DNA of 64,000 bases from Batkoa obscura (Eukaryota). Position 1 is the first letter of the stretch. Every line of letters starts with the position of its first letter. This document shows positions 1 through 16,421 of the stretch, piece after piece. Position numbers and translations under genes: made by a program. Location: positions 620,001 through 684,000 of the forward strand of contig JASVEC010000018.1 in assembly GCA_030770535.1 (NCBI GenBank), read 5' to 3'. The notes under the pieces are model-generated. The model was not told the DNA's origin. It made no database searches and saw only the letters and a list, made by a program, of their open reading frames with translations.

Positions 1-643
1 TTTTCATCATATAAATAATTTTGAATTTCAGCTTCCGTCAAGTTTTCTCCTGAAAATAACTCCTTTTCGTCCATGATCTTTTGTCTTAATAATGCAATTT
101 TTTGTTGCTCTCGAGCTTTTAAATATTCTTCTCTGGAATATACACGCAAATCTTGCATCTTTGCCTTCTTTAACTCAGGATCATTATATATTTTTTGTCG
201 CTCAATAAATTCTGGATTTAATTTAGAGCTTCGATCTTCAACTAACTAGTATTTATTAGCATTCAATTTCATGATTAATTTTTAATGATTACCTTTCTTG
301 TTTGATTTAAGTCTTTTTCTTTCAATCTTTTAGCAAACTCTTCTCTTTCTTTTACATCTTCATCCATCTCTTTTTCCTCTTTTGTGTAATTTTCTTCTTC
401 TAAAGCTAAAATGATTTAATATAAAAATTATCTTAAATGAATATATTGTTACGTAATTGCTCAAACCTTTGGTTATTGTTTTCCAAAACATCGCGATTTA
501 TTTCATTCTCATTTTCAGCCTCCCAGTCGTTATCTTTTTTTACTCTAATATTGTTTTTTTTCTAATATTTTAGTCAATTAGTAAGTTTAGTTAAAAAAAA
601 AATTTTTAGCTACCTCTTCATGTTTACGTTTTCTATCACTCAT
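1..643 (-). CDS. DEAH-box pre-mRNA splicing helicase DHX16/Prp2/Cdc28-like, 5' part (continues beyond window start)
   Basis: Manual splicing (ATG at 643; GT-AG introns ~562-613, ~406-452, ~246-292) gives MSDRKRKHEE...EREEFAKRLKEKD...DLRVYSREEYLKAREQQKIALLRQKIMDEKELFSGENLTEAE. This resembles the conserved DHX16/Cdc28 N-terminal segment. The helicase core is not in the window. Confidence 0.75.
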
Positions 644-747
644 TATTTTAATTTTTTTAAAAAATAAGAATACCCTTATTGAGCTTCAAATTTAATTTAA
701 GCAAAGTTCAAAATTTTAAATTACCAACTTTTGTTAGTAAATTAAAA

Positions 748-1622
748 ATGGGATTCAAAAGAGAAAAGAGAAATGAAAAGGAAGAAGCGAAATATAAGCT
801 AAAAGTGAAAAGGGAAGAAGTAAAAGATGAAAGAGAATCTAGTGAAGAAGAAAGAGAAATGGAAGAATCCTCGGAGGAAGGACTTAATGAAGCTTCGGAT
901 GAGCATGAGTCAGGCGAGTCAGAGATTGATGATGAACCAGAGTTAGATTTAGAAAATAATGAGCCAAACAAAAGTAAATTTAATTCATTAGGATTTTAAA
1001 GAAACATAAATGACAAATAACTATAGAAAAAAAGAAAGCGTTCCATGATAACACTGACTTTACTAATATCATGGGCCAAATCTTAAACCAAACTTTAACT
1101 ACCGAAAAGGAAAATGTAGTTAGCTTATCTAAAATTAATAAGTTTACATGCTAAGTTTTGAATTTTATAGAATGCTATCTTATCCAAGTCCAAAGGGCTG
1201 ACTAAAAAAATTGAAGAAGAAAAGTTAGAATATAGAGCACGTAAGGCATTGATTAAAGAGAAAAAAGCCTTGAAAGAAAAGGACCATGTATTACCAGATA
1301 TCCGTACGATGGATTATGAAAGGAAGTTGAAAAAAGTAGCTACTAGTGGTGGTAAGCTAATTTTTAGCTTTTATTTTTGTTTTATTTAATATCATTTTTC
1401 ATCAATTTATTTAGTGGTTCGTTTATTCAATGCTATTCGAGTACAGCAAAAACAAGACAATTTAGATCACTTGGACTTGAAAAATGAAGAAAAAGTAGAA
1501 GGTAGAATTAATTTAATATAATCATTTTATGAAGTTTATTAAACCTTTCTATTTTAGTTGCTAAAATGTCCAAAGCTTCGTTCCTAGATATGCTCAAAGC
1601 TGGTAGTAATAACACTGCCTAA
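748..1622 (+). CDS. RRP15: Ribosome biogenesis protein Rrp15 (5 exons)
   Basis: Acidic N-terminus, then spliced AILSKSK...KEKDHVLPD...YERKLKKVATSG|VVRLFNAIR...MSKASFLDML, the hallmark Rrp15 motifs. ATG 748, TAA 1620-1622. Confidence 0.9.
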
Positions 1623-2070
1623 ACAATACACCCTTTATTAGATAATTAAATATAGATCATTATTTATCTTCATTTATCTTCATTTACCTATTTTACACAT
1701 TGACTTATTTAGTATATTATGATATCTATCTGCTTTTTTAAAACCCATATATAATGAGGATATCTTTTTCGTTTAGTGCTTTGGCCATCTTTTAGGCAGC
1801 TTAAAATTTAAAATATTCTTTTTAAATTCTTGAAAACACCCCCAAATAAAAAATAGCCTTTATGGGCTTTAAATAAGTATTGTTTTTTGTAGAATCAATT
1901 TTTTTTATTAAGTAGGTGAGATTATAAGGTAACAGAATTAAAGATTATATATGGAAGGTGAGGTGAGAGCAGGGATAAAAATTAGTTAGCTAAATAAGGG
2001 ATACAATTTTATGAATTTAAACAAAAAAGCAAGGAGAGCTTAGTATAATGATAATAGAAAATGTTACATA

Positions 2071-4947
<2,877 letters not shown>

Positions 4948-6472
4948 TATTAAATAAAAAAATGATTATTAGATGAATAAGGGGGTTAGTATAGGGTAGT
5001 CGAAATAGCTACAAGTTTTGAGAATAAAACTTAGATGAAAGATTGAATTAAAATTTAATAATTATAATTAAGGTTGGATTAATTGGGATAAATTTTACTA
5101 TTTGTTAAATAAATGTTAGCAAAATCTAAACACGTTCCCCTCCCAACTTGCAAAATGGTAAATGGATAACAATAACGGTAATTTAGATATTATTTCAATT
5201 GGATAACGCTCAACATTAGGGCTGTGATTGGCTAAAGGATGAAGATGATCTAATTTTCTAAATGGGTGAGCCCCAACTCATTCCATTCTAAATAAACCTA
5301 CTGCTATCTAGATTAACCAATTAAAAGGGTGAATGTTTTAAAATGTTTAATATTGAAACTAAATTCATCAAATTATCAATGCTATATTAAATACTATTAG
5401 CCACTTTTTATAATAAAATAAAGGGTTTTTTAATATTAAGGTTAAGTTAAAATCTTTCAATTTTTTGAGTTAGTTAAATACGCTTTATTTAATATGTTAT
5501 TTTTTTTAATAAAAATAAAAGATGGTTTTGTTATTATTAAACGTTAAAAAAGCTGCCCCTAAATTTTGTTCGCTTTGATTGAAATATTCTCATTGCGCAT
5601 ATTTTTTCTATTTTTATAGCGTATTGTTTACTCAAAAGTAATTGTTTTATCTTTATTTTTATTATTATGTGACTTTTATTACAGCCTTTATCTTTATTTA
5701 GTATTTTTGAGCTAAAATGTTTTATTTTTTACATTATTATATCATATTAATATAACAACTTATTTAAAACCTTCTTATATATTAAATTTTTATTTTAAAG
5801 TGCCACCAAACGAAAGTTTAGCAAAAAGTTTTACAAACTATCAACTTTAACTGGAAATTAGTATCACAAGAATTACCTGATATTATTAAGTACTAATAGT
5901 AATGATAACAAATAATACAAAATTATTAATTATTAATTAAAAAAGTGGTGAAATAAAAGCTATAGAACTATGAAAACACGAACTTTGTAGCTTGTTTATT
6001 AATCTTCCCTAAATTTAAACCTGTTCAATTTAATCTTATTATGATTCAAACCTATTTTTATAATAATGATAAGAATGATATTAAAAATAATACATTATAT
6101 TCTCAAATAATGAACTTTTAATTAATTATAAACTATATTTTATTTTATTTCATTTTTCAATTAATACGGCCCAAAAGTGGCGTACATTAAACAGGTACCT
6201 TAATAGTTTTAACAATATTTCAAAATAAAAATATGCAAATATTGAAGTAATTTTCTTCGGAAATTATTTTAATTCGCACTACATTATCCTATGCTTTATT
6301 CACTTTTGCTTAATCATCGTTGAAAGTTTTTAAAACAGCTTTCAATATATGCCTCCTTTTAGGCCGTATTATCTAAACAGAAATACTGTTTGTTGTCATT
6401 TAATAATAAACTCTTGTACATAACTTAAAATTGAACAGCAAAACAAAATCTCCAAACTTCAAAAACGGTAAT

Positions 6473-6572
6473 TGGGGATGTATTTCTGTGTTTAAGAATT
6501 TTACTAACAATTTTTCCACTCAAATAACGCTTAAAAGATGGAAAAAGTAATGAAGCCAAAAAAACAGCTCCA
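6473..6572 (+). mobile_element. ~100-bp MITE copy
   Basis: Starts TGGGGATGT and ends ACAGCTCCA; shares the core TTTAAGAATTTTACTAACAA...GGAAAAAGTAATGAAGCCAAAAAAAC with other copies. Confidence 0.8.
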
Positions 6573-6781
6573 TATTTTGATACATGTTTCGATAAATATT
6601 TTTAAGATTTATAAAATGTATTAAACATATGCTTATTATTATTTTAATTATTATAATAAAAATTACTATGTAAAAAAGCAATGCCATTATTATTTATAAT
6701 TTATAACTTTTATTAAATGAATTTTACTATTTATAATGAAAATTCTTTTTACTTTTTTAAATAAATTTTATTTCAAAGGTA

Positions 6782-6870
6782 TGAGAGTGTATTTTGTTTA
6801 AGAATTTTACTAACAATCTTTCTACTCATAGTGTTGAAAAATGGAGTGATGAAATCAAAAAACATCCTTA
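6782..6870 (+). mobile_element. MITE copy (diverged, small deletions)
   Basis: TTTAAGAATTTTACTAACAATC...GTGATGAAATCAAAAAACATCCTTA matches the family core. Confidence 0.75.
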
Positions 6871-7130
6871 TATGTTTTAAACTTTTTTTTAGCTTTATAA
6901 AGTGATAAATAACAATTCATTCAAACAAGACAGTATCTAAATTTACTTTTGTATGTTATTATTCCACACATAGTTTTGAAGTAAAAATAAAGACTAACTT
7001 TGATTTATTAATATTCTTTTAAAAAGAAGTATATTATCTCTATATGCATAGCAGTAATAAAGTATATTAAGCTGTGATTAAAGTTAAAAACCAAATCTTT
7101 ATATTAGTAATAAACCTATTAACAACCCTT

Positions 7131-8783
7131 TTAATTATTAAAAAGTATAAAAAAGAATAGAAACCAAGTTGCAAAGAGGAGTATAAGAACAAGTATTACA
7201 AATATAATATTCCATTCCTTTTTGAATATTTTAACTTCTATTTTCTTTCTTACCAATAAATAAAATACAACGGATGCTATCAAATTAGCTACAGTTAAAT
7301 ATTTAAAAATCCCTAACACAATTCCATAATCTTTAGCTTTATCTTGTGTGTGATCTTGGGCATATCCTAATAATGTATCAAGCAAAGAGGATCCCATATG
7401 ATCAACAGCACGATGCAATCCCAACAAAGTGCCAACTTTAAAATCGTGTTTCCCCTTTAATAACAATAGATCGGGTGCTATAGTAGCCAACGATAGTGGC
7501 CCACAGCCTAAAGATATAGCGAATAAGACAATACTTGGGATAGGACTATTTATGATTGAGCTATCTAAGATTAAAAAACAAACCAAAAGACATACTGATG
7601 CTGAAATAACTAATAACAGATTATTATTTTAGTTTCAGTTATTTTAAATTTATATTTACTAAATTGCGGCTGCGGTTTGTTAAACCTATCGACCAAAAAG
7701 CCAAACAGGGGACATAAAATTATTGGTAGTCCCAAACTGATAGATGCTTGCCAACCCGCAGCAACTTGAGTTGTATCAAATGTATGTAATATTAGGTTAC
7801 TATAAAAGTAATAAACTACTATCATTAAATATATTAATAGTTTTACCTAGCTAAATGTAAAAATGGAGTCCAGATAGAGCCAAATGAAAGTGTTAAGACA
7901 ACCACATAATACCAGGTTATAAAATCAAAATTTAAAATTGTATCATAAACCAACAACAATCTTTGTTTAAAGTTGACTTTTTTAACCTGGATTATATCTT
8001 CGTTATTTGTTAACTCATACTCTTCAGGTACTTGTATGTCTGCATTTAATGGAATAAACGGATGGATCTTATCTTGAGCCTTTGATAGTTTCATATAGAT
8101 AATGGACAAAGAAAACGAAATGAAAGTTAATATGGTAGTAAACCAAAATATAGACCCGTAAAAATTAAACCACTCCACTAAATGGGCAACTAAACCTGAA
8201 GCTAAAAACCCTGACTAACATAATTAGTAACTTGTTGATTTTATATTTCTATCTTATTTACCAATTTCCCAATAGCAAATAAGGAACCCATAGCTAATGA
8301 AAGGTTTTCTGCTAAAAATGTGTTTACCAATATAGTTTCTTGTATAGTTACTATTCCTCCAGCACCTAATCCAAATAAACATTGTCCTAAACCCAATACG
8401 AAGAATTGAATTGATCTAGGCATAAAAGTAGCAGCTATTGCCATTAATAGTTCACCAATAAAGATGGCTAAAGTAGCATAAAACGATGTTAATTCAGTTC
8501 CTAACTCGTCACTTAAAATACCTCCAACTATTGGAGTAACTGTTTGAAATAGTAGTAGCGAACTTTGTAATAAACCAAACTGAGTATTCGTTATGTTTAA
8601 TTCCTAAAACTTTAAATATATATTGTATTATTTTAAATTTATTTTGATATAAAAGCTTACTCTTTTTAAGTTATCCTTTATTGGTGCTAAAGTATGGGCT
8701 GCAAAGTGAGAGCCTATCGACATAAAACTTGCACACCCAAAGGTTGCTATCCTATATAGCTTTTTCTGATCTATCAGTATCAT
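7131..8783 (-). CDS. Major facilitator superfamily transporter, MFSD1-like (5 exons)
   Basis: Spliced protein is multi-TM: SIGSHFAAHTLAPIKDNLKRELNITNTQFGLLQSS, GGILSDELG (MFS motif A-like), FGLGAG, FGFLVDRF. ATG at 8783. Confidence 0.8.
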
Positions 8784-8973
8784 TCTTAACGTTTACTTTT
8801 ATAAACACTAGTTCTTTTCTGTAATAAGTTAAAAGTTAAATATTTACGTATTTCAAATATTCCATTCACAGTTCCAATTTTAAAGTTTTAACCAATTACT
8901 GCTAACTAAAAAGCATTTCTAATTCATCTGAGACTTATTTTTTAGGTCTCTTTAACCCTTTAAGTATTGAATA

Positions 8974-9073
8974 TGAGGCCATTTTTTTGGTTTCATCACT
9001 TTTTCCATTTTTTAAGAGCTATTTAAGCAGAAAGGTTGTTAGTAAAATTCTTAAACAGAAAAATGCACCTCCA
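8974..9073 (-). mobile_element. MITE copy (left arm of inverted pair)
   Basis: Reverse complement of the family core; 78-bp perfect inverted match to 9660-9737. Confidence 0.85.
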
Positions 9074-9652
9074 ATTAATTAGGTCACAAAAGGATTGTAT
9101 TAATTTAATAAATTTTTGTCACAATAATCTTATACCCTTATTAAAACGAATTTGCCCAGAAAGTTAAATTACCTTAAACTATCTTATACAATTAGTACAA
9201 CCAGTTTTCATACCCTTTAAAAAAAATTGAAGTGAATTAATTACTTCTATAATATCATCTTATTGTAAAAAACAAATCTATGAAATTGAATAAAATATGA
9301 AGCATTTATTATAAAAACAGTTATATCTGCTTCAATTTTTTTTATCTTTTTAAAAGGTACAAGGACTAATTTCCATCAATTGTAGTATAACTGAGTAGAA
9401 ACCCAAATTTGTCGTATTTCACATTAACTACATCGTGATGCTACTAAGTCATATAATGTTGAATAGCACCTGCCTCAACGAAGTTGCATTCTTATATCAA
9501 ATGATATTCGAATGATATAACTTAACGATGAGATTAGTAAAACTAGTCAATCGATTAATCTCATTACCTTTAAACCTCCTGAAGCAATTTAGTTTCAGTC
9601 AAAACCTCTATTGAGGAAGGACCAAGTTCAACTAAGATATATCCATATATAT

Positions 9653-9734
9653 TTTAAGGATTTTACTAACAACCTTTCTGCTTAAATAGCTCTTAAAAAA
9701 TGGAAAAAGTGATGAAACCAAAAAAATGGCCTCA
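9653..9734 (+). mobile_element. MITE copy, 5'-truncated (right arm of inverted pair)
   Basis: TTTAAGGATTTTACTAACAACC...GATGAAACCAAAAAAATGGCCTCA. Confidence 0.85.
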
Positions 9735-10308
9735 TATGTTTGTGATCTTTTTTTAATGAAAAAATAATTTCCCTATTTTTTTTATTGTGGGAATTAATTA
9801 TCTTAATAATGAATCCTTTCAGTATCAAACAATAAAAAAATAGATCAATTTTTTTAAAGAGCAGCTCATTTAACTAAAGTTTAATGTTAACTATGCTAAA
9901 TTGAACGAGATTCCTATCATAAACAAACTGGAAAAAAAGTCATAAAGATTTCTTATAATTAAACTGAAAAAAAATTCGTGTTTTGGGAGTGATTACTTAA
10001 AACTTCTTTCTGTTGCCTTGTTCAAAATATTCCAATACAAATTTATCCATACTAAAAATTATCAATTTTTGGTTGCAACAGTAATTTTTTTAAACCTGTT
10101 AAAATAAAATTTGTATGTAAATTCTTTACTGATATTGCAATCAATAACTGGGAATTTTTAACATGTATAAATTTATACTGAAATATCTTGAACAATCTAA
10201 TAAATTTGTAACTATTTCATTAAAAAGGTGCAAAGATCCATTGAAAAATTAACATTATTATAACCAAAATAATACTCAAACATAATAATTTATTTTTAAA
10301 CATCAATA

Positions 10309-11106
10309 TTAGAGCCCTTTTTCGTGGTTGCCTTGGGCATAAAATTCATCCAAAGTATTTACGATTTTATCCAATGCTTCCAACCAATCTTTAAGCTCAA
10401 CTTGGACTTTAACTGGGTCTGGCCCTAATTTTTTATAAAAATCAACACGATATGGACAAGCTTTCATAGCCAACTAAATAATCAAAAGTTAAGATAAGTC
10501 TTTGTACAACATTAATATAAATACCGAAAAGATTGGAGCAATTAAAAAGGAATGATACTTTTTAAGTGTACGAGCATAAGCCTCATTGAAAGAGACCGAA
10601 AGCTCTTCAGTTGGCCTTGAAGAGTTCTGCTTCAATGCTTCACAAATAAAGCGCAAACCTCTTTTATGAAACGTTTAACATTAAAACTATTTCGAAATAA
10701 TAATTCTACCTTTTTAACCATAATAAACCTTGAGTTGCTACTCTTTTGCTGCCTAATCCTACTTCACTTTCTACAATTTTTTGTAAAGTGGTGTATTCTG
10801 TTGGATTTTCCAAATACTTCTTACGTATTTTCTATTTGCTTTATTAATATTGAATGGACAAGTAATAAAAATTATCTTACTGCAACATTTCCATTCATAT
10901 CTGATTTAACTGGTGCAAAAGCGGTTGCATGCAATAAATCTATTTCATATTTAGTATTATTAATTTGTACCAACTATCTATTTACCGAATAAACTGACTA
11001 AAGACTCAGTAGCTTCTAAGAAGGATACAACTTCAATTCCCTTTTCAGTTGGTACATCGACGTAACTCTTTACAATGCTATCAAAATAACTAACCTGTGC
11101 ACTCAT
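10309..11106 (-). CDS. Glycolipid transfer protein (GLTP/HET-C2 family), 5 exons
   Basis: Not in the ORF track. Manual splicing gives FLEATESLVSLF|DLL..AFAPVKSDMNGNV..KIR...ATQGLLWLK|RGL...SFNEAYARTLKKYHSF...AMKACPYRVDFYKKLG, the canonical GLTP signature. Confidence 0.92.
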
Positions 11107-11466
11107 TATATTTTAAAAAAAGCTAAACATAAATATGTGAATTCATTAAATTTATATTCCTTTATCCCCATTTTCTTTCTCTTTTATTGGTCAACTAGTA
11201 ATATTAATTTAATTTCATGGCGTTGTCATCATGTAAGTTGAATTGATTTTAATAAAGGCTGAAAAAGCTTTTTGGGCATTTTTTTTTTTTGCTCATTTTA
11301 GATCAATTTTAGTAAGTCTATAGTTCAACTTAAATCAATTTATCACTTATTTATCATTACTATTTTTATTAAGTTTTATAAACAGTATTCAAGAAATCTA
11401 TAAAAAAGAAAATTTTTCTTATAGCTTAATTATAAAATGTTTTGGTTAGATAAATTTTGAACATTT

Positions 11467-11793
11467 TTATTCATCATCTCTTTCAACTCTTTTAATTTCC
11501 CAGTTTTCCAAGTTATCTCTAGATTCCATCAACTTCCAATATTCTTCTTGAAGGTTAACTTGTCTTTTGTTTTCGTCTAGTTTCAACATATCTTTCTTCT
11601 TTAAAGTTTTAAGCCTCGTCTTTTGATAGTCATATCTGGTCTGTGTGAAATTAGTAGCAGCGAAAGAAGCTCCAACAATAATAGTTATAAACGGTAGTCC
11701 AAAAAACAAAAATGGGTTTTTTTGAATCTTTGAATATATTTTTTCCGAAAACGTTCCTCTAGATATCTTCCTTTTAACTGGAAATACTGCCAT
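11467..11793 (-). CDS. COX16: Cytochrome c oxidase assembly protein Cox16
   Basis: Single exon; KNPFLFFGLPF...GASF...FTQTRYD, EEYWKL...WEIKRVER. Confidence 0.92.
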   Translation of the reverse strand: MAVFPVKRKISRGTFSEKIYSKIQKNPFLFFGLPFITIIVGASFAATNFTQTRYDYQKTRLKTLKKKDMLKLDENKRQVNLQEEYWKLMESRDNLENWEIKRVERDDE

Positions 11794-12460
11794 CGTTAAA
11801 GTTTAGTTTAATAAATATGAAAAGTTGTTTTTGGTTCTTTTTTGAGTTTAATATTTCATTTTCAAGCTGCAATTTTGTACTAAGTAAATATTTTTTGAAA
11901 CAAAATTCATAGGCTAGAAATTATTTATGAAATCGAAAAATTATTAGTAAATTAGCAAAAGGATCTTGAGCTTAGTTTTTCCCAGTTAAAACTAATGCCA
12001 GGTTTATTTTAGATAATAGGTGTACTAACAACAATAATCGCTCCCAAGAAATTAAAAAGAATGTCAATAAAATATTAAATACTAATTAATATTAAATACT
12101 GACTAATACAAGATATGCTAACCAATCATAATATTAGTAGTATGAAGAGGATAAAGCTGATACTAAAACTTCGTACTACTTCAAAAACTGGTGATTTAAC
12201 CCACAGATAATAATTTACATTTATAGAAGATCAAAATTATTTCAAGGCCAATAAAAGCATCCTATCGCCCAAAGATTAAGCATTTAATTTGTCGAAACAA
12301 AGCATAATGAAGGCTCAAATTAAGCTATTTTATTGGGTATTCCGCAAAAGTAAAAAACCCCAAAACAATAAAAGTAAAAAGTAGTAAAAAAATAAAAGAT
12401 AACTTTTTTATTAATAAGAGTGAGCTAAGGGGAAGACTAATAACCAAGGATACTAATAAA

Positions 12461-15400
12461 ATGTATAAAAATATTTATCTGTTGGGGGGTAAACAAGTGA
12501 GTAAAATAAAATACCAAGTTTTTAACAGACCATTTTTATTAAACTCAAAATTGTTGAGTCATCACTTTCAACAACTTCGTTCTATTTCAACAAACCCGTT
12601 AGTCAATTCAGAAAGTTTAAAACTTGAAGAAAAAGTCAATGATTTAGATTCCTTATTGATTTTAAGTCCAGAAGAACAATCTAATTTAAGTGATAAAGAC
12701 AATGATTTTTCAAGTCGATATATGGCTGTTTTACATGCTTGTCTTAAGATTGGTGAAATTGAAAGAGCTTATAATATGTTAGCTCAATTTCGTAGAAAAT
12801 ATAATAAAGGCTTTAAAGCTCACGTTGATATCAATGTACATAACGCTTTCATGTCCGCTTGTGTTGACGTTAAACCAACACCGGACTTAAAAAGAGCAAT
12901 GGAATATTTTTCAAAATTAGAGTCAAGTTATGGGGTTAAACGTAATATTAGTACTTATGCCATTATTATTAAAGGCCATATTAGGTAAATTATTTTTTCT
13001 AAATTTTGTTTATATATTAATTGTTTTAGAGCAAACAAGTTATATTTAATGAAAGTATTTTATAAGGAAATGAAGGCATCAGGTTATACACTTGATTCAC
13101 TTAAAGGTTCACCTCACTTATCCGACAGTGATCTAGATATCTTTTTTAATGTATGTTATTTACTATTATTTATAATGACCATTATAATTAAATATAACTA
13201 TATAGGCTATTGGACATAAGGATGAGGCACAAAATATATCTATACCTTCGGAAAATCTAGTTATGGGGGATGAATCATTAAATAATCAAGACAATGATGT
13301 TGAAAAAAGTTATAAATCTAATTTATTAACAACGAAGGTAATAAATATTAAAATAATATTAACCAAATTAAATTAATCAATAATTATAGGTACATGGTGT
13401 AAAATTATTAAAAAATTCATTGGAAACTTCTTTCTCAAAAAATCTCTCGTTACATGAAGTACAAATGAAACTCGAAGAAACAGCAATGGAATCTGCATTA
13501 GAAAAAATTATGCATGAAAGAGATGCAAGGGGTGATAATTTGTTAAAATTAAATCTAACCCCATTAAGAAAATTAATGTCACAATGGAAAGATAGATTAA
13601 CTAGGGTAATTGATTCGGAACAAAAAAGATTAAAAGGAGATTCGGTTAATGGTGATCTAAATCGTTCGCAATATGCAGCTATTATGTGTGCTATCAAACC
13701 AGAAAAATTAGCCATTTTAACAATTCAAGCAACATTAAGAAGTTATGGATCTAATGATAATAATCAAGGATCTCATGTAATTGTATTGGTTGCCTCAATA
13801 GCTAAACAATTAGAACAAGAATACCATTCTGAACAAATGGTTAAAAAAGGAAATCGATTTATCTTCAAACAACAACAAGATGTTAAAAAATTATATGCCT
13901 CTGGAAAATTATTTTCAATGGCTTTACGTAAAGCTAGAGCTAAAGTTGAAAGAGAAAATATTAGCTCCGATTGGGTACCTGTTTGGTCTCCTACAGTTAA
14001 AATCAAGTTTGGTTCCTTTTTATTAAGTGCTTTAATTGAATCAGCTACTTTTACATTGCCAGATTCTGATACTGAATTCCCTGCTTTTTCACATACCCAT
14101 CAACATATACGTGGTACTAAAAAAGGAGTAATATTATGTGATCCCTATATTAAAGAGTTATTAATTAAAGAACCATCTCCTTCTGCTTTTGGTGCTCGTT
14201 TACTTCCAATGTTAGTTTTACCTAAGCCATGGTTAACTTATAATTCAGGTGCTTATTATACTTCTAGACAAAGATGTATGAGAAGTAGAGATGCATTTGA
14301 ACAAACCGTTTATCTTAAAAAATCGGATCAAAACGGTATGCTAACAAAAGCGTTAACAAGTTTAGATGTTTTAGGGTCAGTAAGATGGAGAGTTAATAAA
14401 AGCGTATTAGAAATAGTTAAAGAAGTATGGAATTCAGGAAAAGCCTTTGCTGGTATACCACCAGGTTATACAGAAGTAGTTTATCCAAATAAACCAGAAG
14501 ATACAAGTGATGTTTCAGCTATGATAGAATATAGAAAGAAATGTAATGCAATGGATGTTACAGCACGTAACAATCATTCTTTACGCTGTGATGTTAACTA
14601 TAAAGTAGAAATTGCTAATGCCTTTCAAGATTATGAATTTTATTTTCCACATAATTTGGATTTCCGTGGTAGAGCTTATCCTATACCACCTTTATTTAAT
14701 CATTTAGGTAATGATTTATGCCGTGGTTTACTTACTTTTTCAGATGCTAAACGATTAGGAGAAAGAGGATTATTTTGGCTTAAAGTACAATTGGCTTCAC
14801 TTACTGGTTATGATAAAGCTTCTTTTGCTGATCGAGTTAAATTTACTGATGAACGTATGGAACAAGTTAAAGATTCAGCAGAAAATCCATTAGATGGAAA
14901 ACAATGGTGGTTAGAAGCTGAAGATCCATGGCAATGTTTAGCAACATGTATTGAATTAAACAATGCCATGAAATTAGAAAATCCAGAAGATTATCTATGT
15001 GGTTTACCGATTCATCAAGATGGTACTTGCAATGGTTTACAACATTATGCTGCTTTAGGTTTAGATGTAGAAGGTGCTATGCAAGTTAATTTACAAGATT
15101 CAGATAAACCTCAAGACGTTTATTCAGGTGTATTAAAATTAGTGTTAGAAAAAATTAACAAAGATGCTGAAGATGGTCTTTATGAAGCCACTAAATTAAA
15201 AGGTCACGTAACTAGAAAAGTAATTAAACAAACTGTAATGACAAATGTGTATGGTGTTACTTTTATTGGAGCTAATTTACAAATTCATTCTCAATTAAAA
15301 CATAATGCTGAATTAGCTGAAGAAGCAAATAAGTTATCTTATTATCTTACCACTTTAGTCTTTGCTTCATTAGGTGAATTATTCTCAGCTGCTCAAGCTA

Positions 15401-16158
15401 TTCAAGCATGGCTTAATGAATGTGCTGGTAGAATAGCCACCTCTATACCAGCGGATATCTTAGAAGGAAAAGCAGGTGATACCGATAAGAAAAAGAAAAA
15501 GACAGTTAATCCCGAAATAATACGTTCCAAGCAAATGACTTCAGTAATATGGACCACACCTTTGGGTATTACCATTGTACAACCATATCGTAAAGGAGTC
15601 CAAAAAGATATACGTACAAATCTACAAACGATATTAATTCATGATACCAATACAGTTACCCCAGTCAACTCACGCAAACAAAGAACTGCTTTTCCACCTA
15701 ATTTTATTCATTCTTTAGATGCATCTCATATGATGTTAACATCAATCAAAATGGCTGAAGAACAATTATCTTTTGCATCTGTTCATGATTCTTATTGGAC
15801 TCATGCTTGTGATGTAGATAAAATGAATGTACATATTCGTGAACAATTTATAGAATTACATAAGAAACCAATCTTACAAAATTTAATTGAAGAATTTCAA
15901 TTTAGATTTAAAGGGTATAAAAGAAGAGTGATGGTCGATAAAGAAGAAGAAAAAGTTGATAAAGATGAAAATGAATTTGAATTAAAACCTGAAATTGTAG
16001 AATTGGATGAAGTAGCTAGCTCAGATGATAAAGAGAGTACATTTAAAGCTAATAAGAATAAAAAGGTTATTTGGGTTGATTTAGAATTCCCTTCCCTTCC
16101 TCAAAGAGGTAAATTTGAATTGGAAAAGGTTAGAGATGCTACTTATTTCTTTCACTGA
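12461..16158 (+). CDS. RPO41: Mitochondrial T7-like DNA-directed RNA polymerase (4 exons)
   Basis: N-terminal targeting and PPR-like region; FPHNLDFRGRAYP, PIHQDGTCNGLQHYAAL, RKVIKQTVMTNVYG, PPNFIHSLDASHM, SVHDSYWTHA, C-terminal YFFH. Introns ~12985-13029, ~13151-13206, ~13338-13389. Confidence 0.97.
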
Positions 16159-16421
16159 TTATACAAGTTCTCTAATTTACTATTTCTCCTCTCTTAATTC
16201 TCCTCACTTTACTAAGTTTAGTTGTTTACTAATTTATTAATATTTATCGCTTTATCTTTCTTCTTTTACATAGAATTTTAAAGTTTTAAATTATATCTGT
16301 TTCTTTATAGATTTTCGTCATCTTTTTTTAAAAAATAATAATAGAAATTTTTAGAAATTTTTGATTTTAATCATTTTTATTTTTTTTTATTTTTTTTTTT
16401 ATTTTTTAAAATTTTAAAAAA

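Noticed and set aside
1755..1843. Possible very degenerate MITE copy (TGAGGATAT...AAACACCCCCA)
   Set aside because: The ends resemble the family but the interior is too diverged to call by eye.
9960..10255. Possible decayed minus-strand coding fragment downstream of GLTP
   Set aside because: Multiple stops and no recognisable motif; indistinguishable from AT-rich background.
10666..10992. 108-aa plus-strand ORF
   Set aside because: Antisense to the spliced GLTP gene.
13420..16158. T7-phage-like RNA polymerase as a viral or plasmid insertion
   Set aside because: Introns, targeting sequence and PPR-like N-terminus identify the ordinary nuclear-encoded mitochondrial polymerase.
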